From: Myxococcales bacterium
GTDB taxonomy: Bacteria > Myxococcota_A > UBA9042
Assembly (NCBI GenBank): GCA_037441385.1
Contig: JBBISH010000114.1
Span: forward strand, 1-20,732
Length of the DNA stretch: 20,732 nt
Direction of reading: 5' to 3'
Of this stretch, positions 1 through 7,687 are shown one piece after another. The translations under genes were made by a program, and so were the position numbers. Position 1 is the stretch's first letter; every line of letters begins with the position of its first letter. A model generated the notes under the pieces. That model ran no database searches. It worked only from the letters and a program-made list of their open reading frames with translations, and was not told where the DNA came from.

Positions 1-46
1 AAGACACCGTCAGGCGCACGAATACATTTGGTCTTTGCTTGCTATC

Positions 47-61
47 CAGTTTTCAAAGAGC
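47..61 (-). promoter_or_regulatory. rrn-type antitermination boxA / rRNA leader element
   Basis: Minus strand reads GCTCTTTGAAAACTG, the typical boxA plus leader motif upstream of rRNA genes. It lies downstream of two strong promoters and several leader hairpins. The rRNA itself would be left of position 1. Confidence 0.75.
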
Positions 62-239
62 GAACGACCTGTCCGGCTGGCTTGCGAGGATTCGCAAGGT
101 CGCCTGCGGTACTGCGAGTTCGCAGTCGTCTGCACCGATTCCCGCTAGGAATCGGCGGCCGATTCCCGAGAGGGTCCGGCACCGACGTTCTACTTTTCGC
201 TTCGCTTCGGGATGCCGCTCAGGCTTCCCGGGGGCCGAA

Positions 240-268
240 ATCGTACAGCCCTCGTTTCGGTTCGTCAA
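240..268 (-). promoter_or_regulatory. sigma70 promoter (putative rrn P2)
   Basis: TTGACG (268-263), 17-nt spacer, TACGAT (245-240), followed by a GC-rich discriminator TTCGGCCCCC; A-rich tract upstream. Confidence 0.75.
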
Positions 269-544
269 GACCCGCTGGAGTCTTTTTTGCCCGGAGCGAA
301 GATTTTTCGAAGTTGTCGCTTTTGGCCGGAGGGCCGGGCGACCGCCTGAAGTCTGCTCTGGGTGACGAAGGGCTGCGATTTGCGCGACCGCGATTCTTAG
401 ACTTTCCCGCGGGGCCCCGCGTTCGGCCGGCAGCGCTGCGCGCAGGGTCGAAGTGGGACTTCGCGTTGAAAGTTGTTTGGGTTTCGCTGTCTTCCCGCCG
501 ACGACCAACCGGGCGAACCGGCCGTCGTTGCCGGCGGGAGGCGA

Positions 545-573
545 ATAGTGACGGCATCGGCGGCCGCTGTCAA
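545..573 (-). promoter_or_regulatory. sigma70 promoter (putative rrn P1)
   Basis: TTGACA (573-568), 17-nt spacer, CACTAT (550-545), GC-rich discriminator, A-tract UP-like element at about 587-605. Confidence 0.6.
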
Positions 574-785
574 GCGCGGACCTGCAGATTTTGCGATTTT
601 GTTGCACGTAGCCTGGCCATTTGGCGGTACCTTGGGGCGGGGGCAACGCGCTCGTGCTGCTGCAATTACACGAAACACCAGGGGAAATGCGGGCGACGCC
701 GACCTGGGTCGGTCCGCGCTTGACGGCGCCGCCTAGCCTACCTTCTTTCCGATCAGCGGCGCGATTGCCGCTGGGTCGTGCTGCG

Positions 786-1688
786 ATGCCTGCCCGCCAG
801 TCGTCGCTCCGGGCGAAGTTGCTGCGGATAGCCGTAGCGGCCGCTTCGCTGGTCGCGCTGCCAGCGCAGGCCGGTCCCCAGGACGCCGAAGCGGTCGATC
901 CAGACTACCGGCCATTCCGGGTTGTCAGCTACAACGTGGCGATGGGACTGGCATATCGTGTTCACATGCAACTGGGGACGCTGAAGGGGCCGGGCATCGC
1001 CTGGAGTGTGCGCGACAACAAGCGGCTGCAGCAGCCGGATGTCCTGGGCCTGCAAGAGGTGTGTCTGACGGCCGGGGCGCAGGTGGACTACCTGGTGGCG
1101 GCCATGCAGGCGGCGCACCCGGGCCGGCGCATCTTCCACGCCGAGGCGACCGATGGCGGCCAACTCGACGCGACCTGTTCCAATGCGCAAGTGACGCTGA
1201 CCGTGCATCCGATTCGGGCGTCGGGGCGGTTCGAGTTTCCCATGCTGTCGTGGCGAAATGCCGCGCTGTGGGTCGACTTGGATGTTCGGACCGTCCGGGC
1301 TTTCTGGAACAGCAGCGGCAGGTTGCGCATCTACAACCTGCACCTGATCAACCGCGTGGGGCGCAGCGTAGCGGTGCCCGAGGCCAGGTGGACGCAGGCG
1401 CAAGCGCTGCTGGCGCACTATCAGGCCTTTCGCGAGGCCGAGCCGGACACACCGGTGATCTGGCTGGGCGACTTCAACGCACTGGGTGATGTGCTTCATC
1501 CGTGGCGGCAGGAGCGAACGATTGTAGAGCTTTCGAAGATCTTTACGCCTTCGCTCGAGGGCTTTCACCCTACGCATTTCCTGTTGCAGCAGACCGACTG
1601 GATCTTTGCAGATCGGATGGTGCCCCTGCGATCACGGGTGGTGCTCTTGCCGTACTCGGACCACTTTCCGGTCGTGGCGGACTACTAG
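786..1688 (+). CDS. secreted endonuclease/exonuclease/phosphatase (EEP) family protein
   Basis: Motifs SYNV, DVLGLQEV, GDFN, TDWIF, SDHFPV; N-terminal signal peptide (RAKLLRIAVAAASLVALPAQA). Start set at ATG 786. Confidence 0.85.
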   Translation: MPARQSSLRAKLLRIAVAAASLVALPAQAGPQDAEAVDPDYRPFRVVSYNVAMGLAYRVHMQLGTLKGPGIAWSVRDNKRLQQPDVLGLQEVCLTAGAQVDYLVAAMQAAHPGRRIFHAEATDGGQLDATCSNAQVTLTVHPIRASGRFEFPMLSWRNAALWVDLDVRTVRAFWNSSGRLRIYNLHLINRVGRSVAVPEARWTQAQALLAHYQAFREAEPDTPVIWLGDFNALGDVLHPWRQERTIVELSKIFTPSLEGFHPTHFLLQQTDWIFADRMVPLRSRVVLLPYSDHFPVVADY

Positions 1689-1891
1689 CTGCACTGCTTT
1701 TGCGTGGATGATCAAGGCATTATGAATCCATCTTGGCGAATTGCCCGCACGGGCAGTGGCGGTAGATCGCGCCGCGGCGAGCGGGCTTAGTGACAGTATC
1801 ATGATGCAGTTAGCCTGCAATTGGGCGTTCGGAACCGGCCCGAAAGGGTCAATTTGGGGGACCTATTGGGGTGTTCTGGCCTTGATTCGCC

Positions 1892-1954
1892 GATTACCAT
1901 ATTGTTACGGCATGTTAAGTCGTATTGACCGTGCCGTCAGTGCAGACGTAGCCT
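1892..1954 (+). promoter_or_regulatory. candidate sigma70 promoter with upstream direct repeats for the cytochrome operon
   Basis: TTGACC (1925-1930), 18 nt, TAGCCT (1949-1954); GATTAC/TGTTAC/TGTTAA repeats at 1892/1903/1913. Confidence 0.45.
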
Positions 1955-2013
1955 GCCTTTGCTCTCGCCGTCCAATGCCAAGTTGGGCCGGCAGCCGCAA
2001 GGGGGGGAGCGCC

Positions 2014-2466
2014 GTGAAAGAGCCGTCCGCTTCGCCAAATTCAGCCGCAAGATTGAAGGATTCCACTCGCGGTTGGGCACGTGCCGCTTGGCGCTGGGCG
2101 TGGGCGATCGCGGCTGCGGCGCTGGTTGTGTGCGGCACGGTGGGGCCGACCGGTAGCGCGCGGGCAGAGAGTCCGGCCGCCAAGCCGCGGCCTTGGCTGG
2201 CACCCGTTCCGGCCGAGCGCGCCAATTCGTCGCACGCGCCGTACGACCTGGGCGACTGCCGCGCCTGCCATTTGCGATCGGACCCCAAGGATCCAGGGCC
2301 GCCGCGCGAAGCCATTCCGGCGAGCTGCGTAGCGTGCCACGAAGAAGTGGGCACGTTGACCAAGGCGCCGCGCGCCAAGGGCAAGAAACGTCATCCCGGG
2401 CCGCGGGCGGGATGCGCGCTGTGCCATAACCCACACAACTCCGCAAAGTTACACTTGTTGCTTTGA
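2014..2466 (+). CDS. small exported triheme cytochrome c (doubled-CXXCH / cytochrome c3-like family)
   Basis: CRACH, CVACH and CALCHNPH; hydrophobic signal segment; GTG start preceded by GGGGAG. Confidence 0.8.
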   Translation: MKEPSASPNSAARLKDSTRGWARAAWRWAWAIAAAALVVCGTVGPTGSARAESPAAKPRPWLAPVPAERANSSHAPYDLGDCRACHLRSDPKDPGPPREAIPASCVACHEEVGTLTKAPRAKGKKRHPGPRAGCALCHNPHNSAKLHLLL

Positions 2467-2553
2467 TCGATTGGAGCCGACCTGCGGCTGCCATTTGGGC
2501 GCGCAGGTGGGGTCGCCAAGCGGAACACTTCGGAACCGCTGCAAGAGGAGATC

Positions 2554-3621
2554 ATGAAGTACCTACCCGCTGTGATCACGTTCGTGTTGTCGGCAAGCCT
2601 GGTGGCTGCGATCGGCGCGGGCGCCGAGCCGCCGGCCAAAGACAAGAAGCCTGCCCCCGCGGCGCCGCACAAGTCCGTCTCGGTGGCGCCCGTCAAGGGA
2701 ACCGCGGTGTCGAGCCACGGGCCGTACGAGGCCGGCGACTGCAGCCTGTGCCACCAGGGCAAAGACCTCAAGAACCCAGGCCCCGTTGCGGGGCCCATCA
2801 ACAAGGTGTGCTTCTCGTGCCACGAGGACATGCAAGACTTGATGGGCAAAGCGAAAGTCAGGCACCGCATCGCCGAAGAAGCCTGTACCAACTGCCACAA
2901 CCCGCACAACTCGATGAGCCGCAAACTGCTGCACGCCGATGTGCCGACCATGTGCCTGGACTGCCACGCCAACGTGAAGACGGCGATCGGCGCGAGCGTC
3001 AAGCACGAGGCCATGACCACGGGGCGCGGCTGCATGAATTGCCACAACCCGCACGCGTCGAACGTGGAGCACATGCTGACACGCCTGCCGTTTGACCAGT
3101 GCGTGGGCTGTCACGACAAGGACGACGTGGTCGATTCTGCGGGCAAGCCCCTGACCAACTACAAGAAATTGCTCGCCGAGAACCCGGTGCACCACGCCCC
3201 CGTGGCGGGCAAGGACTGCTCGAGCTGCCACCAGCCCCACGGCAGCGAGAATTTTAGACTGCTAGTGGCGCCCTACCCGGCGCAGTTCTATTCGCCTTTC
3301 GATCCAGCCAAGTACGCGCTCTGCTTTACCTGCCATGACGACAAGATGGTGACCGCGGCCGAGACGACCACCGCGACGCGCTTCCGCGACGGGTCGCGAA
3401 ACCTGCACTTCGTCCACGTCAACAACCCCAGCCGCGGTCGGACCTGCCGAGCGTGCCACGAAGTCCACGCTTCCAAGCAGCCTTTCCAGGTGCGCGACGG
3501 CGTGCCGTTTGGCCCCAAAGGCTGGATCTTGAAAGTGAACTTCAAGGCCAACCCCGACGGCGGCACCTGCGACAAGACCTGTCACACGGCCAAGAGCTAC
3601 GTCAACACCGTCAAGAAATAG
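2554..3621 (+). CDS. periplasmic multiheme cytochrome c, 9 CxxCH + 1 CxxxCH (about 10 hemes)
   Basis: Signal peptide, RBS GAGGAG; CSLCH, CFSCH, CTNCH, CLDCH, CMNCH, CVGCH, CSSCH, CFTCH, CRACH, terminal CDKTCH; repeated CHxPH motifs and FRDGxRNLH. Confidence 0.92.
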   Translation: MKYLPAVITFVLSASLVAAIGAGAEPPAKDKKPAPAAPHKSVSVAPVKGTAVSSHGPYEAGDCSLCHQGKDLKNPGPVAGPINKVCFSCHEDMQDLMGKAKVRHRIAEEACTNCHNPHNSMSRKLLHADVPTMCLDCHANVKTAIGASVKHEAMTTGRGCMNCHNPHASNVEHMLTRLPFDQCVGCHDKDDVVDSAGKPLTNYKKLLAENPVHHAPVAGKDCSSCHQPHGSENFRLLVAPYPAQFYSPFDPAKYALCFTCHDDKMVTAAETTTATRFRDGSRNLHFVHVNNPSRGRTCRACHEVHASKQPFQVRDGVPFGPKGWILKVNFKANPDGGTCDKTCHTAKSYVNTVKK

Positions 3622-3635
3622 CCAGGAGGCAAAAG

Positions 3636-4460
3636 ATGCTGCGCAATTTGAAGTTTCTGTTGCTGGCGGCGGCGGTGGCGGCCTGGCATGTCCCGGTCGA
3701 CGCTTCGAGCCGGACGCCGATCGGGCAAGTGATCGAGAACCCAGACCTGCCCAAGGTGGGCGGCGGCAAAATCAAGGCTTGGGGCGACGCGACCGCCAAT
3801 GTGATGGTGTTTTTTCGGCCCGGCCAAGAACACTCGCAGGTCGTGCTGAAGGAGTTGGCCAGCTTGGAGCGCGACTTGAACGGCAAGTCGATCCGCTGGG
3901 CAGGGATCGTCTCCGATCGCTACAAGGCTGATGAAATTCTTGCAGATCTCAAGACCGCGGATGCCAAGTTCAACGTAGGGCTCGACGCGGACGACGCCTA
4001 CTACTCGAGCCTGGGCCTGACCCTGATGCCCGAGGTTGCGCTGGTGGCCAAGAACGGCAAGCTCTTGAAAGTCATTCCGTTTGCCAAGGTGAACTACCGC
4101 GAGATGATCAAGGCAGAACTGCGGTTTGTCTTGGGCGAGATCAGCGAGGCTGAACTGCAGGCCGCGCTCAACCCGGATGCTCCGGTGGCCAAAGCGGAGC
4201 ACTCGACGGCTCGCCGCCACATCAAGATGGCCGAGCTGATGCTGAACTCCGGCAACGTCGACAAGGCGTTGGAGTCGGCCAAGACCGCCGTCCAGCAAGC
4301 GCCGGATCTTGCGGCAGCGCATAGCGTTTTGGGCGCGTGTCTGGCCGCCAAGGGCGACTGCAAGGCGGCGATCGCGGCGTTTGACGAGGCGCTGAAACTG
4401 GACAAAGCCGACTCGCGCGCGCTGGAAGGCAAGAAGACCTGCGCAGACAAGGCCAAGTAG
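3636..4460 (+). CDS. exported protein with redoxin/thioredoxin-like fold (no CxxC) and C-terminal TPR repeats
   Basis: RBS AGGAGG, signal peptide, AhpC/TSA-like pattern (VMVFFRPGQEHS...LGLTLMPEVALVAKNGKL), TPR helices (ALESAKTAVQQAPDLAAAHSVLG...AIAAFDEALKLD). Confidence 0.75.
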   Translation: MLRNLKFLLLAAAVAAWHVPVDASSRTPIGQVIENPDLPKVGGGKIKAWGDATANVMVFFRPGQEHSQVVLKELASLERDLNGKSIRWAGIVSDRYKADEILADLKTADAKFNVGLDADDAYYSSLGLTLMPEVALVAKNGKLLKVIPFAKVNYREMIKAELRFVLGEISEAELQAALNPDAPVAKAEHSTARRHIKMAELMLNSGNVDKALESAKTAVQQAPDLAAAHSVLGACLAAKGDCKAAIAAFDEALKLDKADSRALEGKKTCADKAK

Positions 4461-4530
4461 CCGCGTCCCAAGGCGGAGTCGCTCATTTTGGGCGATTGGG
4501 GCAGGATTGGGCCGAGATGGGGAGGCTGGG

Positions 4531-6510
4531 ATGCGTGTGTGCTGCGGTTCGTGCAAAACCTGGTATCGCGCCACCACGGGCCAGGCCCTGGCACCGGGCG
4601 AGCGCATCGTGGCCCAGTGTCCACGCTGCGGGAGCGACATGCTCTTGACGGGCGGCCTTGGCGACGACGTATCCAGTGCTGGCTTGGCCAGTGCCGACTT
4701 GGCCAGTGCCGACTTGGCCAGTGCCGACTTGGCCAACGAAGCGGCAACTGCGGCGGCAAGCCCCCATGTTTTGGCGCAGCCTGTGGTTCTGGAAGAAGAC
4801 GAACAGGGCGGCCTGGAGCCCCTCGATCAAGACGACGAGTTGGAAGAAGGCCGGGCCATCACCGAACGCGTCTCGGAGGCGGCGTTTGCTGCCGTGGCCG
4901 CCGCGGACGCCGCGTTGACTGCGGCGGCTGAAGAAGTCCCCACAGAATCAATCGATGCGGGTCATCGCGATACCGTGCCAGCCCCAGCGCCGGAACTTGC
5001 TGAAGGTCCGACTCCGGTTCAAGGCAAAGCCCAGGGCCATGGCGGGCGCGGTGGCAAGAAGCGCAAGGACAAGGGGCGCAAGCAGACTGCCGTCGCCGTC
5101 GCACACGACACGGCCCCGATCCCGGCAGAGACCGCCCTGGTCAGCGCGCCGCCGGTTGCAACGGATGGCGAGCAAGCTCTGGCCACTCCGACAGAACGCG
5201 TGGATTTGCCTGCGGTCCCGGAAGAGGACATGCCCGCCGTTGCGGTCGAGCCGGTCGAGCCAGATCCGGCAGTGGCCGAGGCGCACGAAGTGCCGATCGC
5301 CGTGGTCGCCGTCCCCCCAGCCACCGAGGACGAAGCCTGGCCCGAAGACGAGACCGGCGCGATCCTGTCCACTGGCTCGATTACAGCAAGGACGCCCAGT
5401 CCGTTTGCCTCCACAGCGTCGGCCGACGTAGCGCCCCCGCCCGCGGCAGCCGAAGCGAAGGCGCCTGCAGCCGAATCGCCGGCGGCAACGGTCTCGCCCG
5501 TGGTGGCTGCAGCCGCTGCGAGCTCGGCCCTACCGGTGGCCACGCCCAAGGTGTTTACCCACCCGCGCATCCTGCCTGTGCCCGTTGGCCCAAAGCCGCG
5601 CGGGGCTCCGGCCGGGCGAACTGGCGACGGGCGAACGGGGTCGCGCTCGGGGCCGATCGCCAAGAATTCCAGCGGAAATGCCAAGTTATGGAGCGGCCTG
5701 GGGCTGGTGGCCGCGTTGGCGCTTGGGGCCGTGGTGGCGCTGTCGAACTCGAAGCCCAGCACGCCGGCCGCGGCACCGGCCGAAACCCCGGCTGCGCAAG
5801 GTGAGCCTGCTGCCCCGGAATCCAGAGCCGCTGTCGCTGCGCCCGCACCTGCCGCACCCGCGACCGTCGCACCTGCGCCAGCGAGCCCCGCAGAGCCCAA
5901 GCCCAGTGCCGAACCCGCGGCCCCCGCCGTGCCGGCAGCTGCGGCAGAGGCCCAGGCACCGGCTGCCAAGCCTGCAGAAACAAAGCCTGGTGCCGAGGCT
6001 CAGGCCGGTGCGGAACCCAAGCCCAGTGCCGAGCCCAAGGTCGCGGCCGAGCTCAAGGCTGGCGACGACAGCAAGTCCGGGGCAGACGCCAAACCGCACG
6101 AGTCCAAGGGAGCCAAGGCCGAAAGTGGCGGCAAGAAGGCCACCGCGGCCGGCGAGACCGCCCCGCCCGACACGCCGGCAAAGGCCGCCGGGCCCGCCCC
6201 AGAGCCCGCGCCCGCGGGGCCGGCGGGACTGGACAGCGACGCGATCGAAGAAGGCCTGGTCCGCATCAAGCCCGGCGTGCGGATGTGCGCGCGCGCCGAG
6301 GAGCGCCGCAACCCAGAAGCCGCGCTCACTTCGGTGACGCTGAGCATCACGGTGGCGCCGTCGGGCGATGTGACCGCGGTGACCATGACCGGCGTCGTCG
6401 CGACCAGCGAGCTTGGCAAGTGCATTCGGGCCGCAGTCGATCGCGTCACCTTCCCGCACTTTGACGGCAAACCGCAAAGCATCAAGAAGACGTTTGATTT
6501 GGCAAAATAG
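4531..6510 (+). CDS. zinc-ribbon / single-TM / AgmX-PglI (TonB-C-like) C-terminal domain protein, GltJ/AgmX-like architecture
   Basis: N-terminal CGSC...CPRC zinc ribbon, acidic and Pro/Ala linker, TM segment LWSGLGLVAALALGAVVAL, Pro/Ala/Lys spacer, C-terminal domain ending LGKCIRAAVDRVTFPHFDG. RBS GGAGG at 4521. Confidence 0.75.
   Translation: MRVCCGSCKTWYRATTGQALAPGERIVAQCPRCGSDMLLTGGLGDDVSSAGLASADLASADLASADLANEAATAAASPHVLAQPVVLEEDEQGGLEPLDQDDELEEGRAITERVSEAAFAAVAAADAALTAAAEEVPTESIDAGHRDTVPAPAPELAEGPTPVQGKAQGHGGRGGKKRKDKGRKQTAVAVAHDTAPIPAETALVSAPPVATDGEQALATPTERVDLPAVPEEDMPAVAVEPVEPDPAVAEAHEVPIAVVAVPPATEDEAWPEDETGAILSTGSITARTPSPFASTASADVAPPPAAAEAKAPAAESPAATVSPVVAAAAASSALPVATPKVFTHPRILPVPVGPKPRGAPAGRTGDGRTGSRSGPIAKNSSGNAKLWSGLGLVAALALGAVVALSNSKPSTPAAAPAETPAAQGEPAAPESRAAVAAPAPAAPATVAPAPASPAEPKPSAEPAAPAVPAAAAEAQAPAAKPAETKPGAEAQAGAEPKPSAEPKVAAELKAGDDSKSGADAKPHESKGAKAESGGKKATAAGETAPPDTPAKAAGPAPEPAPAGPAGLDSDAIEEGLVRIKPGVRMCARAEERRNPEAALTSVTLSITVAPSGDVTAVTMTGVVATSELGKCIRAAVDRVTFPHFDGKPQSIKKTFDLAK
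4683..4735 (+). repeat. perfect 15-bp tandem repeat, 3.5 copies, in frame (LASAD)
   Basis: CTTGGCCAGTGCCGA x3 plus CTTGGCCA. Confidence 0.95.
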
Positions 6511-6629
6511 CGTGCTGTTGGCCCGCGCAGTTGTCGTGGGCAAGAGTGCCTTTGACATGGACACCCCGGCCACCGGATGCTGACGGCGGGACGGCGCGCG
6601 GACTTGGCCGTTGCTGGCGCGGGGGGAAC

Positions 6630-7685
6630 TTGGCAAACGGCGAGTTGCACCTGCTGGGCCCCCCGGATGCGGCCCGCCCGGCCGGGGGCGCGGTCTTGTG
6701 GTTGGCGGTCGCGGTCGCGGCCGTCGCGCTGGCCAGCGGGAGTTTCGCCCTGCTGTCGCGGCTGGCGCGCGAAGCGGCCCCAGAAGTGGGCTCGTCGGCG
6801 CTGGACCCGCGAACGGCGCGGCCAATCGCCAATCAGGATGCGTGGTTGCGCGTCGGTGGTTCGGGCAGCTGCATTGCCCTGGTGCGACGGGCGGTGGCGG
6901 CGTGTCGCGCCGCTGGTCAACCGCTTGCGGTTGTCGTGCACGAGGGCATTGGCTCGGGCGGCGGTCTGGCGGCGCTGGCCGATGGGGCGCTGGACGTAGC
7001 GCTGGTGTCGCGACCACTGAAACAAGCCGAAATTAAAAATGATCTGTTGATCGTGCCTTACGCCCGCTCGCCAGTGGCCCTGGCGATCCAGCCCGAGCTG
7101 GAGGTGGAGGACCTGAGCCTGCCGCAGGTGGAGGCGCTGCTGGCGGGCACGGCGCTGCAATGGCCGGTGGGTCGCGGCGCGGGACCGGCGACGCGCGACG
7201 GCCAGACGGCGCAGTGGCTGCTGCGCGAGCACGGCGACTCCAGCCACGAAGTGCTGCGCGCGCGTTGGCGCCCGTTTGCGGCCTACGAGGCGGCGGCGCG
7301 GCAGAGCCCGCAAGCCCAAGTGCTGTTTCACGATCGCACCATGCACGCCACGCTGCAGGCCACGCCTGGCGCCTTTGGCTGGGTAGACGCGGCGGCGGTG
7401 CGGGCCGAAGGAGTGCCGCTAGCGCTGCCCAAGATCGACGGCGTGGCGCCGGACAGCGAAGCCCTGGCCCAAAGCCGCTGGCCGTGGTGGAAGGATCAGG
7501 CGGCGGTGACCAACGGGCGCAGCCGGGCCAAGTCCATGCCGCTGCTGCAGTGTCTGAGCTCGGACGTGGCGGGCAAGGCCATGTTCGCAGCAGGAGCGCT
7601 TCCCATCGGGGCCGCGATCGACGCACAACCTGGGCAGGGGCCGACGCAAGGCCACCCTGCCCCTTTGCCTGTGCGAGCGCCCTAG
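6630..7685 (+). CDS. PstS-like periplasmic substrate-binding protein, membrane anchored
   Basis: LRVGGSGS...GIGSGGGLAALADGALDVALVSRPLK and LLREHGDSS match the PstS/PBP_like_2 pattern; N-terminal hydrophobic anchor. Start uncertain (TTG 6630 after GGGGGGA). Confidence 0.75.
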   Translation: MANGELHLLGPPDAARPAGGAVLWLAVAVAAVALASGSFALLSRLAREAAPEVGSSALDPRTARPIANQDAWLRVGGSGSCIALVRRAVAACRAAGQPLAVVVHEGIGSGGGLAALADGALDVALVSRPLKQAEIKNDLLIVPYARSPVALAIQPELEVEDLSLPQVEALLAGTALQWPVGRGAGPATRDGQTAQWLLREHGDSSHEVLRARWRPFAAYEAAARQSPQAQVLFHDRTMHATLQATPGAFGWVDAAAVRAEGVPLALPKIDGVAPDSEALAQSRWPWWKDQAAVTNGRSRAKSMPLLQCLSSDVAGKAMFAAGALPIGAAIDAQPGQGPTQGHPAPLPVRAP

Positions 7686-7687
7686 CC

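Noticed and set aside
28..736. Several overlapping ORFs at the left end
   Set aside because: No family motifs, atypical composition, and they overlap the promoter/leader region.
2554..3621. Naming it mtrA/dmsE
   Set aside because: No adjacent MtrB-type barrel, and orthology cannot be established by eye. The barrel at 9735 is much smaller and in another unit.
5890..6036. Duplicated AEPKPSAEP segment 120 bp apart
   Set aside because: Ordinary low-complexity linker duplication.
3597..7346. Long antisense or alternate-frame ORFs (for example 3597-4736, 5686-7017, 6000-7346; likewise 18378-20012)
   Set aside because: Shadow ORFs expected in high-GC DNA opposite well-supported genes.
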